NCBI GenBank assembly: GCA_001724265.1
Contig: MEDY01000360.1
Coordinates: 1 to 55,267, forward strand
From: Rhizaria sp. SCN 62-66
Taxonomy: Eukaryota
Reading direction: 5' to 3'
DNA length: 55,267 nucleotides
The first letter of the stretch is position 1. Each line of letters starts with the position of its first letter. Below, in pieces: positions 22,282 to 34,319 of the stretch. The notes below the pieces were generated by a model, which was not told the DNA's origin, did no database searches, and was given only the letters and a program-made list of their open reading frames with translations. The position numbers were made by a program, and so were the translations under genes.

Positions 22282-23358
22282 AGCAACTGCAAAGCAGTCG
22301 CGGAAAAGCTTTTACCCTCGCGTCACTCTAATAAGAAAATGCGTCTCGCTTGCGTGAGCGAAAATCGGACATTCCATCAAGTGACAAAACAATATGATAT
22401 ATAGAAACAGGAAGTGAAATTAGCATTGTGAATATGCAATGTAGTTATTGATTTACCAATACAGATGGTTCATTTTCACGAATAATGTCTTTGTATCGAG
22501 TTTGTTTCATGGTATCAAATGGTCACTCTAGAGCCTCTAACGCGCTGGGGGATGTGTTCTCGAAGGTTCATCGTGCGTGAGTAGAAAATATACGTCTGTA
22601 CACACGTATTACGTACGTACGTACGCACGTACGTAGTAGGTAGGGAGTACGAACCTACTTGTCACAAATGAGCTCTGCCAATGATACAAGTTACTATCGA
22701 TGTTATTTTAATAGCTGTGATTTTTGTGATTTTTGGTATGCATATATTGGGATGTATATAATGATTGTATTTGAAATGATTTTGAAGAAAACGATTATTC
22801 ATACAAAGATGATTCATGTGCGTACTTGCTTTCACTGAGAACAACTACTACTAAATTAGATCAAAAGAATGAAAAGAAGATACTGTGCTGTTGTTGTTGC
22901 TGCGTTCCGAGAGACACGAAGCAACAACAGACACCAAAACAAATAGGACAAGACGAAAGAGATGATGAATATAGAACTAAGTCTGGAAGAACAAAACAAA
23001 AACAAAACAAAAATGACGTGTTCTGTGTTCAGACCAATAAAACAAACCACGCACGCACAAACACACACACACACAAACGCCCCCAAAGCAAAGAAAGCAA
23101 GGAAGCGTCATTCTGTGATGCGTCACGTGTGAGTGTTAGCACACCAAAAGCAGCAAACCATCACACGGCGACAAAGGCGCAGGTGCGCATTGGAGTCGGA
23201 CACACGACGATCACGTAACTCGCCGCAACGTCCTATCTCCACAGCGCAGCGCCGACTGTGTGGCACACACGTGTCGCAGCCTTTGGCAGAGTGTACGGAC
23301 TGTTTGCTGAATTTGCGCATGCGGCAGCTTAACTTGCGCATGCGGCGGCCTGACTTGT

Positions 23359-26300
23359 TTACCGCTGGTCAAAGCGGAGGCGCGCGGTGGCGTAGAAGCC
23401 GATGATCCAGAGCACAAGCATGCAAAGCGTGGCCCAGCCCAGCGACTCCCAGTAGTAGCCAAAGCTGAAGCCAAGGTAGTCCATGACATACTGCGCGATG
23501 GGGATGAACTTGGTGCCCGTGCCATCAGCGATCTCGATGAGAGGCGTGCATTCAGGCAGAGGAGTGCACCACTTGAACTGCGGCATCGCGAGCGCCTCGG
23601 TCAAGTGCGAGATGGGCAGCATGCGGAAGAGCCAGACGTAGCCGCGCGGGATCTGCGGGTAAGGAATCGCAATACCGGCGAAGGTGAACGCGAAAGAGAA
23701 GAAGAGACCCTGGATGACGTTGGCGGCGGGCGCGTTGGGGGAGATGGACGCGGCCGTGGTAGCGACGGAGGAGAAGAGCAGGCAGAAGACGTAGACGGCG
23801 AAGAAGTACTTGAAGAAAGCCGAGGCGTCGTTGAGCAGCCCCATCATGAAGTACATCGGGATCTGGAGGATGAGCGAGCCGGGGATGCACCACAAAATGT
23901 CGCAGAGCAGCGTCGCGATAGCCCACAGCGTCGGCCAGTACATACCGGAGGACGTCTCGCGGTAGAACACCGCGCGGTCGCTGATCTTGCCGGGCAGCGA
24001 CGACGACGAGTGCGTGACGGAGCCGAACATGGCGCCGACGACGACGGCGGCGATGAGCGACGTGGCAGCCGACTGCGTGGTGACCTCGAGCTGGAAATAG
24101 ATGCATCCGAACAGGATCGACAAGATCGTGAGCACCATGAAGCGCGTCATGAGCATCGGCGGGTTACGCCAGTTGCCGCGCATGGCGCGCTTAATCACCT
24201 CCGCGGCCTGCGCGAGCAGCGATGGCGCCTTGTAGTCGGGGGCCGTGGTCAGCGCGGTGGGCAGCGCGGCCGAGGCCTGCGAAACGCGGGAGATCGAGTC
24301 GCGGCGCTTGACGCCGGACGCGCCGGAGACGACGGACTGGTTCGCAAACGACGCGCCGGACGCCTCGGAAGCGTTGTCGTCGTTGTGGTGACCGTGGCCG
24401 CCGACGTCGATCTTGATCGGGTCGACGATCAGGCCGTTGGGGCCGGCGGAAAGCGCGGAGTTGACGGGGACAAGGACGTCGGGCGCGGCGGCAGGCGGCA
24501 GTGCCTGCAGCTCAATCGCACCATCCTCGCCAGCGCCAGCGCCAGAGTGACCATCGCCAGCGGGGGCGGCCTGCTCGGAGAGGGCCTCGATCTTGCGAAT
24601 CTTGCTCATCGCGGCGGAGCGCACGCGAGAGTTAGTGTAGTAGTTCATGAAGCGCTCGACGATCACCGCGGTGGGCTCGGCATCGGCCTTAGCGTCGGAG
24701 ACACCGACACCGAGCTCCTCGAGCATCCACGAGGCCGGGTTGTAGCGCGGAGGGATGGGCTTAACCTTGGGGATCGCGGACAGGTAGCGGACAAAGCGAC
24801 GTGAACGCTCGCCGAGGTCGCCGAAGTACATCTGGTAGCCACCGGAGGCGAGAAGCACGAGACGGTCGAAGAGGTAGAAGAGCTCGGCGGACGGCTGGTG
24901 GATGGTGCAGATGACGGCGCGGCCGGAGCGCGCGATACGGCGCACGACGCGCATGACGGTCTGCGCGGCGCGGGAGTCGAGGCCGGTGGTGGGCTCGTCG
25001 AGGAAGAGCACGGCTGGGTTGGCGACGAGCTCGCAGCCGATGTTGACACGCTTGAGCTGCGAGGGGGAGAGACCGGGGATCTGCTTGGAGCCGATGAGCC
25101 GGTTGGCGATGGTGCTGAGGTCGAGGATCTCGAGAACTTCGTCGACGATGCGGTCCTTGACGTCGACGGGGACGTCGGCGGGCAGACGGAGGTAGGCGGC
25201 GAAGCACAGGGTCTCACGAACGGTGTCGGTGGAGAGCAAAGAGTCGAACTGCTCGACGTAGCCGGTGGTCTTGGCGATGTCGTACTTGGTGGCGGTGCGA
25301 CCGTTGAGCATGATCTTGCCCTCGATGACACCCATGTTCTTGCGGCCAGCGAGCACGTCTAGCAGAGTAGTCTTGCCGGCACCGGAGGCACCCATGAGCG
25401 CAGTCAACCTGAAGTGGCACGCAAAGTGAGAACAAACGGAAATATATATCGGGATAGTGAGCGATTTGAATCGTAAAATTAAGACACAAATGTAAAATCT
25501 TCGTTGAAGCATGAAAGAATAAGAACGTACTTGCCGGGCTCGGCGTAGCCGTTGACGCCGCGGAGGAGCGGGCGGTCGACCATCGTGTTGGTGCCATCAG
25601 TGGCCTTGACCTGGACGGTGTAGCGGACGTCGGAGAAGGTGAGCCAAGTGGGCGTGAACGCCACAGCCTCGCGGAGAGTCTGGAGCGTGTTGGCGTTCGA
25701 GTCGCCGCGGACGAGCGAGCTGTCAGAGACCGAGGACGGGACGCGGCCGAGCGCGTCAGCGGCGGCGTCCTCGCCCATGCCGGCGGGCACGGGGGAGCCG
25801 AGTCCGGGGTCGTCGAGGTGGGCCTCGTCGTCGGCGAGGATCTCCTTGTCAGTGTCGTTGTCGAGCATCTCGGGCTCGTCGTCGAAGCGCGTGGTGCCCA
25901 TCGAAGCCTCAAAGTTAGGCCGGTACAGAAGGAGCGAGTGCGCGGCGAGGCAGAGGCACGCGAAGCCGAAGAGGTAGATGGCACCGTAGCCAATCCACTC
26001 TTTGCCAATCTTCATGTCGACCTGGTTGAGGAAGAGGTGGCCGAGGGGGATGCCGGAGTCGGTGATCTCGCTGTAGCGCGACGAGAGGAACTCGTTGTTG
26101 GCGAGCGCGCGGACGGACCAGGAGAAGGGCGAAATCCACATCATCCAGCGCATCCACACGGGGAGGTTGGACAGGGTGACGAAGAGACCACCGAACATGA
26201 TGAAGATACCAGTACTGGGGCCCGCAATCGCGTGGGCGGAGGGCTCGTCGCGGGCAATGGCCGAAAGCATGCGGAACCAAATGGACATGAGGAAGCACGT

Positions 26301-28393
26301 CAGGATGACGATCGCGTAGAAAATGAAGAAATGGCCGGCGTCGCGTACGCAGTTGGACATGAAGTAAATGACGATCGACAACAGGGCGGACTCCACGAAG
26401 AAGATAGGGATACCGCAGACGGCGGCGGACAGAACGAACATGTACGTGGGGTAAAAGCTGGCACCGGCTTGTTTGAAGACGATGAGGTTGTTTGCGACAG
26501 AAGTGGCGAGCTCGACCATGGAGCCGAAACCGACTTGGGTCATGCAAATCTAAAGACAAAGAAAAAGCGGAAAACAAGACACATATATAAAATAGTGAGA
26601 TTACGAAACGTGACAATGAGATATGAAATGCAGTTTTACATTCAAATATATTATTATCATTTCATAGTGAATCAGTGGAGCGGAGATATTGTTCTTCAAC
26701 GTACGAGGAGGACGGCGATACGGAGGTAGAAGTTGTCCGGGGGAATATCCCAGTAGAGCGAGCCATAGAGCAGACCCATGATAATGGCCTGCGTAAAGCG
26801 CGGGATGATGACGTTCATGTTACGCTTCGAGTTGGCCCACTGGCGCGTGAAGATGATGTTGAACAGCGTCATGAAGGGCAGAACGTAGCCCGTGTGGTAC
26901 ATCGCCTTGGTCTCAGGCGACGGCATGAGCGGCGCGTGCTCAATCGCGTGCGAGCTGGGCTGCAGAGGGATCGCCTGCTCCAGTTCGGCCTCGGTCGTCT
27001 TCCAGAACGGCGACCGCTTGTAGTGCTCGACCATGAGCGACGTCGACACGCACGGGGTCTCAGCGCGCAGCAGCGTGCCGCCGTTGTGAGTCTCCCACGA
27101 GGTGACGGGGGCCGGCACGGGCTTGCCATCGCGCGCGAGCTGGCGGGCCGCGCGGCGCTCGTTGGTCTGCAGACGGTCTAGCGCGACGCGGGGCTGCGAG
27201 AGGCAGTCGATGATGAAGTCACAGATGTCGACGTCGTCGGGGCAGATGTAGCCCATCGACGCGAAGTAGGGCTCGACGTCTTCGCGGGGGCCCTCGTAGA
27301 TGATCTTGCCGTCCTTGAGGATCAACACGCGGTCGAAGATGTTGTACACGCCGGGGGTGGGCTGCTGGAGTGAAGTGACGACCATGCCGTTCGTTTCGTT
27401 GACCCAGTTGCGCAACCCGCGGGTGATGTCCTCGGAGGTCGCAGAGTCGAGACCGTTGGTATACTCGTCGAGGAACAACGCGCATGCGTCACCGACAAGC
27501 ATCTCGCCCAGAGTCACGCGGCGCTTCTGGCCGCCGGACACGCCGCGGATGATGGCGTTGCCGAGGATGGTGTTCTTACACTCCTCGAGGCCGAGCAGAC
27601 GGATCGTGTTGTGGACGCGGTCCTCGTCGTAGTGCGAGGCGGTGACGCGGTGCGCGAACTCGAGTGTCTCGGTGACTGTGAGCAGCGGCATGTGCTCGTC
27701 GACCTGGTCGACGTACTGCGCGAGACGGCGCGTGTTGCACCCTTGCGCGTAGGCCTCGGATGACGAGAAGCCGTTGTACGAGATCTTGCCGTCCGAGACC
27801 TCGAGACGCGACGAGAGAACTTTGAGGAAGGTCGACTTGCCGTGGCCGGGGGGCGCGAGGATGAGCGTCATCGAGCCCGGCTTGAGCACGCCGGAGATGG
27901 CGTCGAGGCGGTGGAAGTCGCGGTTGCGGAGGTTGGCGCCGAGGGTGGCGACCGTCTGGACCATGTTGATGAGCGGCGTGATCATGGTGTCGTAGCCGCG
28001 CGCCTGCTCGGGGATGCGCACAGTCTTCGAGACATCGCGGTAGGCGATCGTGAGGTCGGTGCGCTTGAAGTCCCTCTTGGGGGCCTTCTTGGCGTCGGCA
28101 GTAGCACCGGCCTCAGGGTCAGCCTCCTCAGCAGCAGCAGCAGCAGCGGCGGGGGCAGCAGCGGCGGCGGCAACGGGGGCGGGCTCGGCAGCGGCCGGCT
28201 TAGGGGCCGACGTAGCCTCAGCAGGGGCAGGGGCAGCAGGAGCCTCGGCCTCGGCCGTGGGCTCAGTAGGAGCCGCAGGCTCAGTGTTCGTCTCGGCTGT
28301 TTCGGCAGAGTTGCCGGCCGTCGGGACGAGACCGAGCTCAATGGCGTCCTCGTCCTCGTGCTTTGCAGCAGGAGCGTGTTCGGTAGACGACAT
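23359..28393 (-). CDS. Full-size ABCG/PDR-type ABC transporter (NBD-TMD-NBD-TMD), 3 coding exons 28393-26705, 26549-25531, 25408-23359, about 1585 aa
   Basis: NBD1 APPGHGKST / VSGGQKRRVT / LFLDEYTNGLDS; NBD2 GASGAGKTT / LSPSQLKR / LFLDEPTTGLDS / CTIHQP; two TMDs; PDR-like end RFDQR-TAA. GTACGT..AG introns 26704-26550 (155 nt) and 25530-25409 (122 nt) restore RIAVLL|ICMTQ and PGK|LTALMG. A pyrimidine tract + CAG just before the ATG suggests a 5'UTR intron. Confidence 0.95.
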
Positions 28394-29683
28394 CCTGGAA
28401 AAACAAAAAGGGGAGTAAAAGAGGAAGAATAAGAAGGACAGCGGCAAGCCGAAGGAGAAAAGAGGGGGGGTGGAGGGTGAGCTTGGGTGCATGCGGAAGT
28501 CGGCGTTTTGAAGTGCAACACAAACGCGACAAGCAATAAAATTAACAAAAAAGGTCATTGTTGGAGTGAAGTGCGCATAAAAGAGGATGTGTGCGCATAG
28601 AAATGATGTTGTGCATGGCCTTGACGGAGAAATGTGCACTAGCGAAAGGTCCCGAAGGTCGCGGCAGCAGCCGTCGAGTTCGGCGAATAAAATTTTTGGG
28701 CAAAACGTCACTCGGCGAATTTCAGACCAAAACAGGGCGATAGATGAACACGCAACAATAAAGTTGCGCTGCCTTGTTTATCTTGGCAAGCACATTATAG
28801 TATAGAACGCGTCGTAGAATAGCAGTCGCAGGGCAGTGCCGCCCATGTGCACGGCAAGTGCTGTCATTTCACCGGCTAACTCAACCAATGCACTGTAAGC
28901 AGCACAAAATAGTTAAATTAATAGTCCGATGCATGATTAATGCTCAGCTATCGTATTGTACGCTCAAACTCTGTGATTATGGTGATGTACTCATAATTGC
29001 ACAATCGGCCCATTTTGACCTGCCACATGCCACAGCCAACCACCTGCATGTGGGGGGTGACCGTGAGCACTGTCAGGCTCGGCACTTCAAAATGTGGTCG
29101 TTTGACAATTTTTGAGATTTTTCCTCCACTCAGACTTGTCCGAGCATCGCATGAGTATTATTAAAAATTATTACAAACAATTAAATTATAAGTCTTGATT
29201 TCATCTTGAATTGTTCGTGTCGCATTGGATTACACGGTGTATATGCTGTGAAAGCTGACGTTTTCATCGCATCGCGACTGGCGCAAACAGATGTGATAGT
29301 CTTATTTCGAATGACTAACAGCGTCCAAACAAGACCCGAAAGTATCTTCGGAATATAATTTTAATAATATACAATAATATTCTGTGTATTCGTTACGATT
29401 ACATCACTCACATGTAGATATCACTGCTGAAAGCTCAACGTCAACCAGCCAATGTAATTCTCCGAAGACACGAACAAAACAACACCTGTGCCCTCTCCTG
29501 TCGCGCATTTCTCTGCAGGATCCGCGCAAACACGTCAAAAAATAAATCTATATACCAAATATAATTTTCCTTTCATGCGCAACTCAAATTCAGTCATTTG
29601 AGCTGAGAAGAACCACAAACAGCAACTTATCCCTTCCGTAGATAGCAGATACAGACTCATTACTCGCTCAGACAGCATGCACT

Positions 29684-30064
29684 TTACGGTGCAACACCGA
29701 GCTGCTCGAGCTTGCGTCCAAGCGCCATCTCATTCTGCCGCTGCACGCCCTGCAACAGCGCTGCCGCACGTGCACGCTCGACGTGGAACACCGCGTCAAG
29801 CCTCTGCTGCGCGGGCCCCGGCGGCGCGGCGGCGCGGAGGCGGGCGCGGTCGTCCTCGTGCTGCTGCTCCTGCGCCAACAGCTGCATCAGATGCTCGTTC
29901 TGCGCGCGCTCGAGCGCCTCAACTTCGGCCCACTCCTCAGCAGTCGGCACACGCGATGCGTTGTGGCCGCCGTTGTTGCTCGGGTTACCGTGATTGTGAG
30001 CTGAGCGGGCGGCGGCGGCGGCGCGCGCGGCGGCGGCGGTGACTGAAGGCGACGCAAAAGAGCG

Positions 30065-30097
<33 letters not shown>

Positions 30098-30159
30098 AGG
30101 GGCAAGCAAGTCGGCGGCAGCGGCAGGGCGGCCAGAGTACGAAACCCCCAGTTGCTGCA

Positions 30160-30191
<32 letters not shown>

Positions 30192-33100
30192 TGCTGCTGG
30201 TTGTAGCCGCTACTGTGGCTGGGAGGGACAGGGCGCGCGCCGCCGGGGCGGCGGTGCGCTGCAGTCTGCGGCCGCGCCGGGCGAGAAACAGCGCCTGTAT
30301 TCGCATTAACATGAGCAGTCGCGTTTGAAGGGTTGTTGTTGTTGTTGTTGTTGTTATAGCCAGTGTTGGACCGAGGTCCACCGGTGAACTGATGCGTGTG
30401 GGCAAATTTGTTGTTGTTGTTGTTTGCAGCATTGCTATTATTGCTAGCAATGCGTGCCCCGGCGCGGGGGCCATATGCAGACATCGGCCGACCGGCACCG
30501 GCGCCGGCGCCCCCGCCTCCGCCATAGTAGCCAGACTGCTGTTGCGGCGGCGGCTGCTGCTGATGATGATGAAACTGCTGCTCTTCATCGAAGTTAAGCC
30601 GTCGCGACGCATCGATGCCACTGCCCGGCCTCTGCTGTTGTTGCTGTTGGCTGCGTGCATTCTGCCCAATGATCGGGCCCCGGAGGTCAGTCTCCGTGCC
30701 GGTGCGGCGGCCACGGCGGCCAACAGGCACGGGAATGAAAGCCGCCATCGAGCGTGCGACGTCGGCGGCCTCTTCGTGGTCGATGTTAAGCCGCGCAGCG
30801 ACGAGCGCGATGACGTCATCACTCACCCGCGTGCCCGCAGCCGTCACAACGCCGCCGCCGCCACCGCCGGTGCCGCCACCGCCGGCGCTGCCGGCGCTGC
30901 TGCCGTCGCTACCATAGTCGCCACTCCCGCCGCAGCCAGCGTCACCGTTGTCATTGTCGCCGCGGTTTCGGCTGTTGTTGTAGCGGGAATGACTCCGCGG
31001 AGCGCGCCACGGGGAGGGGCTAGCCGGATCGTCTGAGAAACCCGGGCCGGAGGCGTGGCGCGCCGAGGCCACCGCGGTCGCAGAGGCGGGCCGCGCGGGA
31101 CGCGCGCTAGCCGCACGGCGCGGCTTAACTTGCGGCTGCTGCGGCCTAACGTGGGGTTGTTGTTGCTGATGATCATCGGTGTAGTCGCAGTTCGCGGCTG
31201 CTGCGGCGGGGTTGCGGGGCTGGAACAGCGCCGTCCGGAGGCGTTCTTTCTCGGCTTCAATGTCGCGCACACGCTGTGCTTCGGCCTCGAGCCGCTCACG
31301 CCACTGACGCTGGCGGTACTGCTGCACGCGCGCAGCCCTGAGAAATCGCAAGAAAAAACAAAAACAATATGATATAGCACGGGGGGGGGGGGGGGGGGGG
31401 GGGGGGGTGAGACATGCAGAAGATAAATACAGCCGCGATACACATCTCATGAATTAAAATACGTAAATAAATCAACATTATTTCGAAGTATATCAAAATA
31501 CGAAATACCTTGCGACCGCCTCTGCCTTTTCCTCCGCTTCGAGAGCTCGTTGCGCCGCCGCTACCTCGCGCTCCTCCCGCTTCTGTTGCCGCAGCGCCTG
31601 GGAGCGCGCAAGCTGTTCCTGCTGCCGCTGCATCTGCGCACGCTCCCGCTCTTCCGCAATCGCAGCAGCCTGCTTGAACACCTCCGCGCGCGCCTGCTGG
31701 GCGTCAGTGCTTTGAGCACGCACTTGGGCCAAGTGTTTCTGGAACGCGCCCTCCTTCGCGCGCACTTTGCCTTCGATCGCGGCGTGCTTTGCGGCGACCG
31801 CGGCGGCCAGCGCCTCGTTCTCCTCTTCCTCGCGTCGCCGCTGCCGCGCAACAGCCTCCGCGTGTGCCGCGGCCTTGCGCGCGCGCTCTTCGTTCTCCTT
31901 CCGACGCTGCTCCTCGAGCGCGGCCGCGCGCGCCGCCCGGTGGGCCTCGCGCGCCGCCTCTTCCTCCTCGGCCGCGCGCTGCCGCTGCCGCCCGGCCTCG
32001 GCTGCCGCCGCCACGCCCGCCGCCGTCGCCGCAGCCTGCTCGGCCAGCGCACGCTGCGTCGCTCGCCGCCGCGCCGCGAGTAACGATGCGCGCGCGGCGT
32101 CTTCCTCGGCGCGGCGGCGCTCCCCGGCGGCGCGAGCGGCGTGCGCGTCCGAGAGGACCTTAGTCGTGCGCTCGAACCCACGCTGCGCGCGCGCGACACG
32201 CCTCTGCTCATCGTCCACATCACCACCATCTCCTTCGCCAGCCGCACCGGCACCTGCCCTCGCGGGCGAGCGAGTGTGTGCGCTGCCGGCGGCGGCGGCG
32301 CCGTCGCGGGCCTGCATCTGCTGCAGGTCCCGCGCCGCCGCCGTGGCTCCAGCAGTAGTTTTGCTCAGAAACCCCCTTTCGGCGGCGGACAGCTTCCCGG
32401 GGTCCCGCGCCTCGAGCTCGCGGCGGCACGAGGCCAGCCAGGACCGCTGCGCCGCAGCCTGGCGCTGCCGCGCGGCCTCGGCGCGGCGGCGGTCCTGCTC
32501 CTGCCCCCAGAGGCGCTGCTCGCGGGCCAGAGTAGCCGTGGCCTGTTGCAGCAACTCGGCGCGGAGGGCAGAGGCGATCTTGGCACGGCGCTGCTTCGCT
32601 TGGTTGTGAAGCAATGCAGCGACGCGAGCGCGCTCGAGTGACACAGCGTCTAAACCAGTGTCTTGCCCCTGCTGTTGTTGTGTGTTGTTGCTGTCGATGT
32701 TGCTGTAGTCGCCGGAGTGGGACATGTGGGCAGGCGTGCCGGAGTCTGCGGGGCCCGTACGGACGCTACCGCCGCCGCGGGAGAGAGGCGCGGCCGACGC
32801 GGGGCGTTGCCGCGAGGATTGATGGCCGTTGATGGTGTTGCCGGCAGTGAAACCAGCGTTGTGCTGCTGCTGCCGCGACAAACGCTGCTGCTGCTGTTGT
32901 CGTTGCTGGCTCTGGGAGGAAGAAGACTCGCTCTCGGCAAAGTTGCTCGTCGGGTGGCGGCGGTTGCGGGGCGGCGAAGCGGGCGGCGTCGCCGGCCCCA
33001 GTGTGTTATGATGAGGCCCTGCGTTGTTGTTGCTATGACTGCTTGCGAGCGCGATGATCGCGTCGCGGCAGTGCGCAACCTCGTGCGCGTACTCCACGCG

Positions 33101-33367
33101 GCGCTTCTCGTGGCGCTCGTGGCGGATTGCGCCCGCGCGCTCACCGTGCTGCGCGACAAACGACTGCAGCGTCCGTGGTTGCAGCTGCGCTGGCTCGAGC
33201 CCGCAGGCGTCAAGTGCTTCTCGCGTGCGGGGGCTGTCCAGCCGCAGTGCGGGCGCGGACGCGGGCGCGGGCTCGCACGGGGACGCAGCGGCGGCGGAGG
33301 CCAATGGGGCAGCGCCGCTGGGGCCTCTCGCTGCCGCGGCCGCCGAGGAAGAGGACGTAGACGACAT
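29684..33367 (-). CDS. Hypothetical coiled-coil protein (E/R/A/Q-rich), 2 exons 33367-31509 and 31337-29684, about 1170 aa
   Basis: Intron GTATTT..CTCAG 31508-31338 (171 nt) joins EAVAR|AARVQQYRQRQWRERLE in frame. Long charged helical central region and C-terminal helix (QNEHLMQLLAQEQQHEDDR..LDAVFHVERARA). Stop TAA. Confidence 0.8.
31381..31407 (+). repeat. G27 homopolymer (poly-C on the transcript) inside the intron of the coiled-coil gene
   Basis: 27 consecutive G; exact length may be assembly-dependent. Confidence 0.9.
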
Positions 33368-34319
33368 CCCGTGGTCCGGCCAGGGAGAAGTGGGCGCTCT
33401 TGGTGGGCTGATGTACGGCGAAACAAACTACTCAGGCGCGGTAAAAAGGGAGAATTGTGTGAACTCACTTGATGCACTCAAAAAAGATGTAAATTTTGCT
33501 ACAGACGTTAAAAATTTTCTGCTGTAGGCTCCTAAACTCGCAACCGTTTCTTCGAAGACCGTTGGTTGCCAGCATTTTTGCGAACTGACCGACGAAACGG
33601 ACGGATGGTGTTCCCGGCCACCACCAGTCTCAGCCAGACAAGTCGGTTTCTATCGATGAACTTCGACTGAGGATTTAATGGGATATTCGCCGTTTGTTCA
33701 AAGAATCGTTTATGTACAATGTGTTTTGTGCCTGTTAGTTCCTGTATTTGACTAATTTATTGCGTAACAGCGCGTCCGCGGCCCACACTGAAGCGTTGTA
33801 AACTGGCTATCCAGTTCGAACGGCTCTCCCCCTCGGCTGCTCGCCCCTTTCCCCCCGCCCTGCCCTGTCCTCTCGCCCCTGCGCAGCCGCTCACCTCACA
33901 GCATCCCCATCTTCTTCTGTGCTTTTTTTTTGCCCCCGCAGGAGCTTCACTGCTAGGCCGTGCATTCTCTCGCCTTAGCCTCGCCGTCCCTCTCCTTTCA
34001 GGGCTCCTCTAGTTTCTCTCTGTGTGTCTAGTCTCTGCCGGACTGCCGGACTGACGACAGACGACTGAGCTCGCTTTGCATAGCCTCAGCAGCCGCAGCA
34101 GCAGCAACGCAGCAGCAGCAGCGGCAGCGGCACTGACAACCTTCAGCAGCATCAGCTGCATTGACACAGCGCTCGCAAAGCCGCAGACACATAGCTCTCT
34201 ATCTGCTCTGTGCACGTGACAGCGTGTTCCATCTGTTGTCTGCTTAGACAGCACGCATCTACACTCTCTCACGCACATTTGCGTTTGTTAACGCGTGGTG
34301 ACTACAGCCTTTTCACCAG

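Noticed and set aside
22609-22634. Self-complementary (ACGT)n run, and the TTGCGCATGCGGC direct repeat at about 23313-23346
   Set aside because: Short simple repeats in 3' flanks with no further support for function or mobility.
33781-33830. GTTCGAA T-loop-like word as a possible (suppressor) tRNA
   Set aside because: No cloverleaf stems or D-arm could be built by eye; no tRNA gene recognised anywhere in the window.
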